Source of the DNA: Narcine bancroftii
Taxonomy: Eukaryota
Direction: 5' to 3'
DNA: 64,000 bases
Assembly (NCBI RefSeq): GCF_036971445.1
Contig: NC_091470.1
Location: 162,812,001-162,876,000 of the forward strand
The position numbers were made by a program, and so were the translations under genes. Below the pieces are notes generated by a model, which was given only the letters and a program-made list of their open reading frames with translations, ran no database searches and was not told the DNA's origin. Shown one piece after another: positions 12,584 through 24,519 of this stretch; within the stretch, counting starts at the first letter, position 1; each line of letters opens with the position of its first letter.

Positions 12584-12819
12584 CTTGTGTGACCACTTTG
12601 CCGAATACAGGCAACGTATCGACAGTGGAGCAGTTCCAGCGGCGGTTCCTGAACTGGTGCTGGCACTCTTCGATCGCGAGCTCGGCTCCTCTCCGCACCG
12701 AGTCCATCACCTCCACATTCCGCTTGCAGATCTGTATCTGTCGGTTTATCAGACCTTTCAACCTCTCGCACGTTTCCTCGTCCTGAATACTGGCGATCGA
12801 TGACAGTTTGGCCAGATAC
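12584..12819 (-). CDS. WNT4: Wnt-4, coding exon 2 (236 nt; gene partial in window)
   Basis: Translates [79 protein letters not shown], closely matching vertebrate Wnt4. Acceptor caacag|G at 12820/12819 and donor CAAG|gtactc at 12584/12583. Length and phases fit the known WNT4 exon 2. Confidence 0.97.
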
Positions 12820-15323
12820 CTGTTGAGGCAGACGCAGAAACAGCGGGTTATCAGGGGTAGATTCCAGTGGGAAACAATGGGGGATTTTTCATCAGTGAAG
12901 AGCTCGCCGCTGAGACCAAATAAGACCGGAGGCATTTAAAAGCGAGGGATCGACTGGAATGAGAAATAGGGGATCCTGGCCAATGTACAACGGATCACTC
13001 CACGTCGCCTCAGAACCCCAAAACACATCCCCTGGGCCAGTGCCAACATCTCTTAGCTGTACGTTTTACCTGGAGACTTTTCTGAAAGTTTAGTATTCTG
13101 CACTCAAGTGCTGGTAAACACATTAGACGACAGAGATTCCAATCTGAAAAAATTGCACAACGTGTTCCAAATTCCAACTTTCCTCATTCGCCCCGTCCCC
13201 GCAACCCTTAACGTCGTGTTAAGGGAGCAGGCGGGACGGTAAAAGAATTTATTTTGGTCGTAGTAAATAAAACGCCCAACTTTAGCCCTTTCATCGATGG
13301 GGGGGGGGGGGGGGGGGGTCAGCGTTCGTGTACGAAGAAGGATGTAAAAATTATTCTTTGAGATAATCATTGAGAAATTTTTGAAAGAAATACTGGAAAT
13401 TGATTGAGGGAGTGGTTGTGTCAGTCAGGTAATGTATCACACATCACATTTATTACTCGCAATTTTCAAAATATGCATGTATTGAGGTCATTTATCTCTC
13501 AACTGTGCATTGTTGAATAAATTCTGAGTACTATATGTCCTTCCAAAACATTTTTAGATTAAAAAAAATTAACATTATATACAGAGAAAGAGACCAAAAC
13601 TTGGAATAAAAACACAAAGATAAAATACATCTCCATTCTCTATGCTTATGGGGAGTTATGCCACGAAGTTGAACGGCGGACAGAGGACCTGCAGTGAATT
13701 ACGGACACCCACCTTGCGGCTAATGAGTTTTCTCTCCAGATACCAGCATGAAGCCTGCCAGTTCAGTTAGTGTAATATTGGTCAACGCCACAGTGACGAT
13801 CCCCGTTAAGTTAAAAACATTTCAGGTTTCACAGAGCTCTCCGATTCTAGCAGTTATTGAATATCAACAGACTTCTTTATCTCAAAGAGTCAAAGCTGCA
13901 GCCAAAAATAAAATGTTTTGCACTTTAAGGGTTAATGGCAACTCGCTTTTCCCTTTTGGACTCTAGTGTATTTTAATTGAACCTTTTAAACCACCCCCCC
14001 CCCCCCGCACCTTAGGAGAGTGTGCCCAGTTTACGGTCTTTCGGGTAGAATCCTGCACAGTAAATAAAATAACGAGGTGTCTGTTGTTTGAGCTGTTCGC
14101 ACTCAGCACCATGACAGTGTACGAGGCCGTTGTTGTGCAAAGCTGACCTTCAACTCCCCCAAACAGCTCCCCCCACCTCCTCTGATTTGCCCAGTATCTT
14201 TTGGAAAACAAATACCTTCTTTAACAAGACATGGGAAATGGACAGATCCACCTCTCTCACACTCCCTCTATCTTTCTCACTCGTTCTCAGATTTGCTTGT
14301 TCAGGGTGAAATGCGCATTGCACAATAGCAGAGAACGGGAGAGGGTTTGCATTTCATTTCAGCACCCCATAAATCACATTAAATCCAAATTGTGCAGATC
14401 CAACATGTCGCTCTTTGCTTCTTAAGTCGCATGCTGTTAAATACATGCTGTTAAAAAAAAAACCCAATTATATACGCATCCCTTGCAGCCAAATCTGCTA
14501 GACATGGATTGGTTATAAGCATATTATTTTTCCAAAAAATAATCTAAATTAGGGATATTTCAAATAGAGGAGGCAACAGTACAACACAGAGAAAGGGCTT
14601 ACCATGCGTTTACTGTTCCAACAACCATTTATTTACTACTGGCATGTGATGACACGCTTTTTAAAAAAAAATTGGAATAAATCAACCTCGCGGGAAAGCC
14701 TCGATTTAAAATAAAATTCTTGGGACCAGCCCGGACTCACGGTATGAATGAGGGGGGGGGGGGGGGGGAAAAAAAAGGAATGAATTGAAAGCACGTATCT
14801 CCTGAAGTCGCGAACAGGTCAGCACAAGTCTACATTTCTCTCGTCCTCTCGGATCACCCCCCCCCCCCCCCACCTCACTAATCAAAAGTTAATGAATGCA
14901 AATAAATAAATGAGAATTACGCTCTCCGCCCCGAGGGACAACAATTCGCAAATGCAACTTGCCCGTATCAGTACAATTCTAGAACACGGGCCATTTGAAT
15001 TCGCCACATATGTTGAGTGTTTTTGAAAGGGTGGTACTGCTTTATTGGGGAGTTTTCAGAGCTTCGGTGACAACTTGGAAAACATTCATCCAGTTGAATC
15101 TACAGATTAAAAAAAAATCACTCAGGCACAATAACAAAACAAAAAAAAAGGTGAATGGGGGGGGGGGGGGCGGGGGTGGAAGACAAGTAAATTTGAACCT
15201 TACAGTCTCCTCGCATCACGCTTTCTGCCGGCTGCACCTCATCGCCTTCAGATGCGATCACCAAAAGCTCGCTTGTGCGATTTCAACACAAAACACAACA
15301 ATGTCATAATTAACAACACTTAC

Positions 15324-15400
15324 AGCCAGTTACTAGCATTGGCCGACAACAGAGCCAAGATCAGGACGAGAAGCGAACGCAGGAAGCAGACCGGAGTCAT
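15324..15400 (-). CDS. WNT4: Wnt-4, coding exon 1 (77 nt, signal peptide)
   Basis: ATG at 15400, reading MTPVCFLRSLLVLILALLSANASNW + CT. Canonical donor CT|gtaagt. Phase 2 joins the first G of exon 2 to give ...SNWL-YLAK. Confidence 0.96.
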
Positions 15401-16350
15401 CGCGAAGAAAACTTCAGAACCTAAAATCCAGGCAAAAGTGTGTGTTCCCTGAACTGCAGATGATTGTTTAAATAAGTGTTTCAGAGTTTTCCCCCATTAA
15501 AAAAATGCCAGAGGAGGAAACGTTTTGTTAGAAGTTTTCCAGGTTGTTTTGCAAGGAGGCTGACAGAAATCTTCGCTCAAAGATCCAGTCAATTTCTTTA
15601 AAAGTGATAATTAAGGATGTCGTCAATGTGCATAACTATTTACGGACGGAGAGATCGCCTCTAAGTGCTGCTTGAGTGTGGTTATAAGTGATTTCTAGTG
15701 AAATGGCACAGTGGATTTAGCGGAGGTTCGGTTGGAGCTCTCACTCGTCCAGGTCCAAGCGAGCTCTGGTGAGGTTGGAGAAAGCAGCGGGGTCCCAAGG
15801 CGGTGCACTGTCGAAGGCTGGTATCCGAGGGATGTTGCTCCTACGCTGGGAGAGCAGGAGAATGCGAAGAGGCGAGCGGAGTCCCGCTCGGATCCCTCAT
15901 CGGGCACAGAGCCTCCCCGGGGCAGGGGGGGGGGGGGGGGGGGCGGGGAAGGCGGCACCCGGTTGGATCGGCCGCGGCGTCAATCAGCCCCAAAGGCTGC
16001 TTCCATTCGCCGCTGTGTGTGGTTTACAGACGAGTCACTGATACACTAACAGGAGCACCCTCTGACAGTGAATATCGGCAAAGAAAAGCACTGCCCCAGC
16101 CGGCAGAGGGAGAGAGGTCTAATAAAATGACAAGCACTGGATCTCTCACCCCGATGGAGCTTGCAGTTCTCCCTTATAACTTGTTTTGCCTTGCATTTGC
16201 ACAGTGGCAGGTAATTTACAGACTGACACGGGTGTCCGCTACAGTTCATGCGAGCGTGGCGGACAGGGCTTGGAGCCCCAACCTGTTCTCACCCTACGGA
16301 CGCACGGCTCTCAGTGCTCTCTCGCCGACTTCCCTTGACTTCTCCACTTG
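15401..16350 (-). promoter_or_regulatory. WNT4 5' UTR and CpG-rich promoter region
   Basis: CpG- and GC-rich against an AT-rich background, directly upstream of the ATG. It holds a G19 run and GC box (15925-15948), a TGATTGAC PBX/PREP-like motif on the minus strand near 15979-15988, and a TATAA-like motif near 15683-15688. The TSS cannot be determined from sequence alone. Confidence 0.7.
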
Positions 16351-16629
16351 GGAGGCAGATGCAGGGCTCGACAATGCACCCATTTTTTTTTCCTTTCCAA
16401 AACATCTGCCCAGAAAATGTATTGATTTCTAATTCGGTGCTCCTAGGAAGGGATGGGCAGAGGGGAAGGTTCAAGAATCTCCTCAAAGCCTGTTTCGAAG
16501 GATCTCAACCACCCACTTGGCTCCGTGACCCCTGGAAGTGGAGACGAAGCACCCAGGAGCAATGGTGAGGGTGGTTCTCCACCTCACAACTTGCCCATTT
16601 TCCCAGACCCTGGACACTTTCTGCCCTGG

Positions 16630-17050
16630 AATCATCAGTGCTGCTTACCAACGCTCAAGAGAGAGAAAAAAAATCCAGAGGATTGTTAACTTGGCCTGCC
16701 ACATCAGGGGAACCAGTCTTCACTCCATCGAGAACATCTACTGGAGGCAGTGTCTTAAGAAAGCAGCCTCTGTCCTCAAGGACCCCCACTACCCAGTCCA
16801 TGTCCTCTTCACTCTGCTACCATGGGTGGGGGGTGGGGGGAAGGTACAGGAGCTTGAAGACCAACACCCAGCACAGGACAGTTTCTTCCCCTCTGCCATC
16901 AGATTCCTGAATGAAGAATGAACCACCAAAAATGTCTTATTTTGACTTTTTCTTGCACTATTTGTATTTAAATTGTAAGGTTTGCACTGAGACCCTGCTG
17001 CAAAACAATGAATTTTGTGACGTGTTCATGACACAAAATTCTGATTCTGG
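16630..17050 (+). mobile_element. Rex1/Babar LINE 3' fragment
   Basis: KKIQRIVNLACHIRGTSLHSIENIYWRQCLKKAASVLKDPHYPVHVLFTLLP...DSFFPSAIRFLN, followed by an attctg tail. Confidence 0.8.
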
Positions 17051-17354
17051 TCTCATTTGTTGCTTCTAAGTGCACAAGACTGAAGTTAATTGTCCTCAAT
17101 TCCAAAAGACATAAGAAAAAAAATAAATGTCTGTTTTCTATCTTATGCAAATGCCCAGTTGTGTCTCCCACCTTGGGTGAATTTAGGCTTCTTAAATTAC
17201 ACCTGTGCAATTCCTCTGAGTATATGATCAGGAGCTCCCATGGGTTTATTGCAATGATGGCTGGGAAACAGGTTCATTCATCATTCTTTAAAATAACTGC
17301 ATACAAGGCTACCTCAGAGATGAGGGAAAACATAGGGGAGGAGGACTGTTCTAA

Positions 17355-18010
17355 TTTTCAGATTTATTGTCAGAGACATACATGACTTTACATACAACCC
17401 TGTGGGCGAGACAGAATGACCACTTATTGGTAGTGCAGAAAGCTATACACAATGTACACATGTAAACAATAAATAAATGTAAACAAACCAACTATGCAAT
17501 ACAGAGTAATCAATAAAGTGCAAAAAAGTACGTCCTTAAATGAGTCCCTGATTGAGTTTAGTGCCTGTTGATAGAGGGGTAGCAGCTGTTCCTGAATCTG
17601 GTGGTATGTGTTTGTGGCACCCATACCTCTTTCCTGATGGTAGCAGTGAGAACAGAGCTTGTGCTGGGTGATGTGGATCACTGATAATTGCAGCTGCTCT
17701 CCAACAGCAACGTTCCCTGTAGATGTTCTCGATGGTGGGGAGAGTTTTGCCTGAGATTTCCTGGACTGTGTCCACTTCCTTTTGCACGGGTTTATGCTCA
17801 GCGGTATTGGTGTCCCCATACCAGACCATGATGCAGCCAGTCAGCACACTTTCTACCCCACAGCTGTAGAAATGTTCCAGGGTTTCCACTGTCATACCAA
17901 ACCTCCACAAATTTCCGAAGAAATGGAGGCACTGACATGCTTTCTTCATGACGCCATTAGTGTGTTGGATCCTTTGAGAAAGTGACTCCCAAGAATATCC
18001 TAGATGTCTG
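17355..18010 (-). mobile_element. Rex1/Babar LINE 3' fragment
   Basis: KKACQCLHFF...FYSCGVESVLTGCIMVWYG...IYRERC...DPHHPAQALFSLLPSGKRY, the post-RT region typical of this clade. Confidence 0.85.
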
Positions 18011-19499
18011 GTCATTCCCCCACCTCCACATCTCAGCGGGCCCTGTTTGATTTCTGTGAGCTGTCCACCAATCAAGGGGCTGGTGATTGCAACACAGTTG
18101 TACAAAAGAGCTGTGAATAGTGAGGGGGTCACCACTGATGCAATTTCCATAATCCTGGAAGCTGAAACTGGCAGATGTTGTCACCATGTCAAGTCTTTTA
18201 TTCCCACCTCTTTGCTGATCGCTGCACAAAGCACTCTTGGCATTTTTTTTGCTGGTGAACAACCCAGGCCATCGGTTGCATGAAGTACAGTAGCTTCAAT
18301 ATTTGCCAGAAATTGATTAACTGTGATATCGATTGGTGACAATGTTAAGTGCATAATCGACACTGGCAATGCGTGAATTGTGCAAAAATGAATCATACAC
18401 AAGTGCCTGGGTCAGTTTGCCAATGGATGTAATTGCTAAGGGAAATTATCATTCATAGGGTCAACCCTAGCTAAAATTTCATATGCTCATGAGAAAATGT
18501 GCACAAGTGAATCCAAACGCTAGGCTCACTTATTTTTAAATCAGATTTTGCCAGCATTTATAATGAACTGGAGTCCGTAGAATCATTTTTCTTTCCAAAA
18601 AAATTCACAATAATTGCATGGGGTGTCCCCACACATGTACCATGTGAACCATATTCATGTATAATTATATTTATGATTTAATTGCAAATAAATCAGAGAA
18701 GGTATCTTTCCCCATATGAGAAATGATCTGACTTATGGGAAAAAGGACAAGGATGGATAATTGGGTTTCTGGAAGAATCTGATCTCAAACTGATATGAAG
18801 AGGACACTGTGGTTACCTGAATTAAGATTAATCAGAGTTCAGGTTGGCAATACTCACAGGGCAAAGCTCTCCTCTCCTGGCAGGAGGGAAGAATACAGAG
18901 TCAGCTGATCCTCACACTTTGAAAGAGCTATGGAGGGAGTCACATGGAGGAAAGAGTGAAGAGATATTTCAAACTGACTTGCTTTGCATGTTAATCACAA
19001 CTGCAGCATATAGAGGGTATGGTGATATCATGTCAATATAAACATTTTAAAAACCTTTTAGCTCATAAAGTCAGAAAACCAGAGAATCAGCTCCAGAACT
19101 TGGTTCCAATCCGTTTCTGATATACTATTGGATGAATATTCACACTCCAATAGCACTCAAAAATTCTGGCTGGAAAGTTTTTAATGCTTCATAATATACA
19201 GGTGCTATATTAATGGAATCTATTTATCAGTCATCTCTGCAGAGTAACAAGAAATTCCACACTCGACATCATAGAATTTACCTTAATTATGGTTGCCATG
19301 GTAATGGGCCCAAAACATTGTCAGTTTTTTCATTGTTAAGACTGAAATCCCTCATTCTAGCAAGGACTTTTTTCCCCACCCTATCCTTCCAAAGGTTGGG
19401 TGAACAGAATGGGGTGGAATTCTCTAATCGTATCTTGTGCAGAGCTTCACAAAGTTTCCACATAATTTCCTTGTTTTTTAGGATTAAAGCACAAAAGTT

Positions 19500-19615
19500 T
19501 GCTGACACCATGGTGGTCGACGCTGGAGAAACTCAGCAAGACAAACAGCGCACTTCATCTAGCAAAAAGAAAGGTACAGAACCAATGTTTGGGCTTGAGC
19601 CCTTCATCAAGACAT
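19500..19615 (-). mobile_element. Penelope-like terminal fragment with a hammerhead-like core
   Basis: The reverse strand reads ttgatgaagggctcaagcccaaacattgg...gctgagtttctccagcg. Confidence 0.6.
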
Positions 19616-20249
19616 CCTTGCTTTTATTCTATGCTCCTCAACTTATGAAGCTGAAAATCATTTCTCCTGTCAAGGATTTATGCCCGAGCACACCCAGGTC
19701 ATTCTATTTCCACACACATGTGGTCTGTTGGACCTCTGTGTTCCTTCTGCCAAGTTGAATCAGTTCTCATTTATCTATTTATTTTCTACTAGTCTGCTTA
19801 TTGCAATCTGTTACTAGTATTCTCACTGTCAACCACTTTTTCCAAATTTGCTGTTAACTCAAAAACATGAAAACCCACAATAAAGCAATTCTAGAAAAAC
19901 AGCCCCTATTTTATCATGTGGATCATCACATTCTACTATCCTCCAATCTGAAAGCAAAAATAACATTCCCATGAGAGTTTGCTCTCTGTCCTTGGACCAA
20001 TTCCTTATCCAGGCTGCCAATATCTCATTTATTCCATGGACCTCACTTTTAATAACCTACTTTATTGTTATAGGACATCCTCATACCCCTTCTGAAATAC
20101 CAAGGAGATTAGTATTTCTCAATCACTGGTTTGTTTTCGGATGTTTGCAATGATGCAGCAGAAACAAATATGACTGATCTAAAAAGCAAATAATTTGCAA
20201 AACAAAGTTGTAAATTTGCTGTCAATAAAAATGAAAATTCTGCAAACTC

Positions 20250-21160
20250 CTAAGGAAGTAGAATGTGTTTTCTTCATGATGCCATAGGGTAGGGTCCAGA
20301 AAAGCTCATCCAAGATAATGACTTCCAAGAACTTATATTTTCTCACCCTCTCCACCTCTGATTTCCCCAATGATCACTGGATCGAACACCTCTGGTTTTC
20401 CTTTCCTGAAGTCAACAATCAGCTCCTTGGTTTTGCACTCAGTTGTTGTTGGTGCACCATTCAGCCAAGTTTTCAATCTCCTTCCTGTATGATGACTTCC
20501 TGCCCCTTTTTATACAACCCACTACCATGGTATCATCAGCGAATTTGTAGATTGTGTTATTGTCATAATGTGCTACACAGTCGTAGGTGTAAAGTGAGTA
20601 GAGCAGGGGGCAAAAAACACAGCCCTGTGGTGTTCCAGTACTGATGGAGGTTGTGGAGGAGAAGTTCTAACCCATCTTCACTGATTGTGATCTGGAGGTG
20701 AGGAAATCCATGATGCATTTACACAGTGGGGTGTTAACTCCCATGTCTTGGAGTTTGCTGATCAGTTTTGAGGGGATAATGGCATTAAATGCTGAACTGT
20801 AGTCGATAAAGAACATCCTGATGTTAGGCATCTTTGTCTTCCAGGCTGCGATAGGTGAATTTGAATGGATCTATGTCACCACTCATACTGGAGCTGATCT
20901 ACTTCAACACCAGCCTTTCAAAACACTTCATCACTTATGATGTAAGTGCCACTGGTCAATTGCCATTTAAGCAAGTTACCACACTCCTCTTGGGCACCGG
21001 TACGGTTGACACTTGGGTTCTATGCCCTGCCAGAGTGAGATGTTAAAAAAAATCCATGAATACATTGGTAAGTTGGTCAGCACATATTTTTAATAATCGG
21101 ATGGGTACTCTGTGCGGACTGGATGCTTTCCTTGGATCGATTCTCCTGAAAGAAGCCCGT
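20250..21160 (-). mobile_element. Rex1/Babar LINE internal RT fragment, decayed
   Basis: The reverse strand contains VERVRKYKFLEVII and RT-like motifs (KFADDT from tatcatcagcgaatttg; FIDYSSAFN from aatgctgaactgtagtcgataaa). Confidence 0.8.
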
Positions 21161-22868
21161 GACAGTGAATGATTGAGCTCATCATCTCTATTGACTATGG
21201 ATTGGAATTCAGACACAACCCTTCCAACTCATGAGACCAAAAACAAATATCTCACTTGGAGAAATCTTTAGACTTGGATTGTTGTCAAATAAAATTTAAC
21301 CATTGGGCATCTTGCTGTAACTAACAATGTTAGAAGTATGATTAACCACAGGAAATGCTGGAAATATTCACCAGGCAAAGCAGCCAATGTTTCAGATAGT
21401 TGACCCGTTATCAGAAATGGATGCAAGATTTAACATGAGTTCAAAGGTGGAGAAGGAAATTGGGGAGGGAACTAAGAATGAAGGGGAAACCTGTGATAAG
21501 ATGGAAGACAGAAGTTGTTAAATGACAAAAGGAATGAAGGCAGGGGGCAAAGAAGGGGCAGAAATTGGAAAAATATGTCCATTAGAATTAGAAGTGCACA
21601 TCCAGCCACATTATAACATAAAATGCAAGACTGTATTTGACCTGGGTGTTCTCATTCTTAGACTGCTCCATCTCCAGCACCTTTACAGAATGAAAAATAT
21701 CCTGAAGTTTATTTTGATAGAGTGTTGGGGGCCCAACACAAATTTTGACTCAAAAGGGCTCAAAGAATAGAGGATTTTATAATCAGCAGTTTCGATGAGC
21801 AAGGTTGAGGGGGTGAGTGTGAAAGGAAATTTGACATGTAAAAGAAACAGAAAATGAGCATAAGTATTGAAAGTATAAAGTTTAGGAAAACAACAGGAGT
21901 CAGTGGTGTGGGAAATTAAAGCTTCAGGGTGGTTAAAATGGGAAAGGTTCTGAGATAGTGAGACAGATATACTGGGGGGGGGGGGTGGGGGGGTGAAGTT
22001 CTCCTGCTGTTACGTTTAGCTACTTTAACAGTACTTTAAGCCTGTTTATTTTCAATGAGTTAAGAACTGCGTTAAAATAGTGCAGACAGGAATTTAACAC
22101 AAATGCATTAATCATTATACTAAAAATAAATAGCACACATGCAATTAAACTTGTGCTCATATTTTTGATATTGGTTAAATGACAGTGATCTGCTTTGGAA
22201 GCACTTTGGGATGAGGACAGCTATTTAGAATAGAATGTTCTTGTTAATTCTACACTTGAACAAGCTATGGTGCTTTGTAATATTCTTGACTATTTTATAT
22301 CTTTTTCAGGTCTTGGTTAGAACACTCACCAATGTAAATGGTGAAAAGCTAGTACAGGACATTGGAGTTTCAGGAACTCATTAACCTGCAACATTTCTAG
22401 CATTGTTTGTTTCAGATTTATGCTGTGTAAAGTAAGTTTACTCTGTTGGCTCATCACGTTTACTTCACACACATTCAATGCAGAATATAAATTAGATATG
22501 AAATAGGAAAATCAATTTTATTTTGTTGATAATGAATCAAAATAACCTTGTTTGTAATTAAGCAATTATTTACTTTTTTTGCTGGAATGGTAATCCATTG
22601 AGCAGAATGTAATCTCACAATGAAAAATATAAATGTGATATTAATATAGCAAATATTAACAGTCTATGTTAATATAACAGGCAGATAATATAACGCTGAG
22701 TTGTGTTTTTTCTATTTTGGATGCCTTGGGGCATTCTATTACATCAGAGGTCCAACACAAATGATGTTACTGTTTTAACAGGAATTTGATTGTGAATACA
22801 TCTGGACGATTCTACACATTTCAAGGCTAATGTTACCTTACTCGTACCCTCCAGACTCAAGGTAAGAG

Positions 22869-23640
22869 TGTGGTGGTACACCACCGGCCTACTGCAGGGG
22901 GGAACATCTGTACCGGCAGGAGTGTAAGGGGACAGGACAACACCTGGCCGGCTGTCAATCAGTCGGCCTGAAGGGATCAAGCCCCACCCGGTCCGGTGTC
23001 AATGACCGTCTCAACCGGGGACCTGGCACCAACAGGAGCACCCACCAGATCATGCCACCCTCCAACCCAGGACGATGCTGACCGGGCATACATCGCCGTC
23101 CTCAGGCAGCTATGGGGCACCAGGGGCCCGCTTCAGCCTTGGGAGACGCACCCTCCCCCCCACCACCCATCCAATACGACCCTCATGTGTCAACCCCGGC
23201 CACCCCTCCAAGCGGAACCACACCAGCCACACAGACCCCTGCCACCATCCCCCCACTTCCCCTCCAACCAGTGACCAGGAGCCAGTACTGAGACCACGGT
23301 AGCTGCGGATCGTCTCAACCTATAAATATTGTATGTATATAGTGGGTGCAATTCCTTGTTACTGCCCCTCCCAGACAATTTTAAAGAAGGCCTACTGCAG
23401 GAGTGTAAGGGGACAGGACAACATCTGGTCGGCTGTCAATCAGTTGGCCTGAAGGGATCAAGCCCCACCCGGTCAGGTGTCAATCACCCTCCGGGATATA
23501 AGCCTGCACCGGCCTCCCAAAGCTCACTCCGAATTACTGCAGCTACAGCCAGCTTGGCTCTGTGGAAGTCTTTGTGGATTAAATCCTGTTATACAGTCTT
23601 TACCTTGTGTGTGTCTGATTCTGGCTAACAGCGCACCACA
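22869..23640 (+). mobile_element. Internally deleted Gypsy-like LTR retrotransposon
   Basis: Termini TGTGGTG...CACCACA and a 5-bp TSD AAGAG (22864-22868, 23641-23645). An LTR segment is duplicated (about 22905-23002 and 23395-23483). The interior resembles an integrase C-terminus (TVSTGDLAP...DRLNL*). Confidence 0.85.
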
Positions 23641-24519
23641 AAGAGTAAAGATGAGTGTTGACCTTTTAGCTCGGTGTAAGACATGACTTATTTCTCAAAG
23701 AAACCAGCCAGCTTTATACTATGAACTACTTTCAAAGTTTAATTTGTCTTAATCTTTGGTGCTGTCCTTTTTGAGTGCCCAATCTGAGGAAATGCAGGGC
23801 TCCTGTTATCACTTTATAAAGAGCTGGCTCAGCACCCATATTAATCAAATCCACAGAAATTGAAAAGCCAATCATTTACTATCTACCACTGGGCCTTATG
23901 CCAAAAACTGAGGTAAAATGAAAAACAAAGGTTTTAATTATAAAATATGCATTTACAAACAACTTTTGTGGAGCTGCATAATTACACATTGGATGCTTGT
24001 AGGAAAAGGACAGTTTATGACATAGCTGTTTGTATTTCTGAGATTGAGGATATTCCAATGAAACCCTATCAAATATAATGTCATAACAGAGGACCAGGTT
24101 CTTGTTGTGGATTACGCTCAGGGAATATGGGGATATAGATGTTTGGAAGGATAGGATCATATTTTGCTGTGATGCCTCTGGTGTCACCACAGCACTTAAC
24201 TTTGGTGCCACTGATTCCTTTCAATTGAATCAGAGATATTTGCCACCTTAGACAATAGACAGAAAATGGCAAGCAAGTAAACAATCTACATTTGATCTGA
24301 GCTGTGCATTTGATATTGTTTTCTTTGGAATTAGCACTTTAACATGATCGGGGTGCCGTTTATTGTTTAGGCTCACACATGAAAGATGTTTCTTCAATAC
24401 CAAACTGAAGAGCATTTGATACTCCTGAAGACATATGTAAAGAAGGATTAACACATTCTGTAGAGGGGAGCCAGAAGGGCCAGACATATTCATTGCTTCC
24501 AAGTAGATGACATTAAGAA

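Noticed and set aside
12820-12935. In-frame ATG and 39-codon extension upstream of WNT4 exon 2 (MPPVLFGL...)
   Set aside because: It lies 5' of a canonical acceptor and the true exon 1 is present at 15324-15400. The extension has no Wnt or signal-peptide character, so it is most likely open intron sequence.
15695-16568. Several long overlapping ORFs (up to 209 aa) at the WNT4 promoter
   Set aside because: Expected in GC-rich, stop-poor promoter DNA. The translations are low-complexity with no recognisable domain.
19213-19758. 181-aa ORF
   Set aside because: It runs through a Penelope remnant and shows no recognisable protein similarity.
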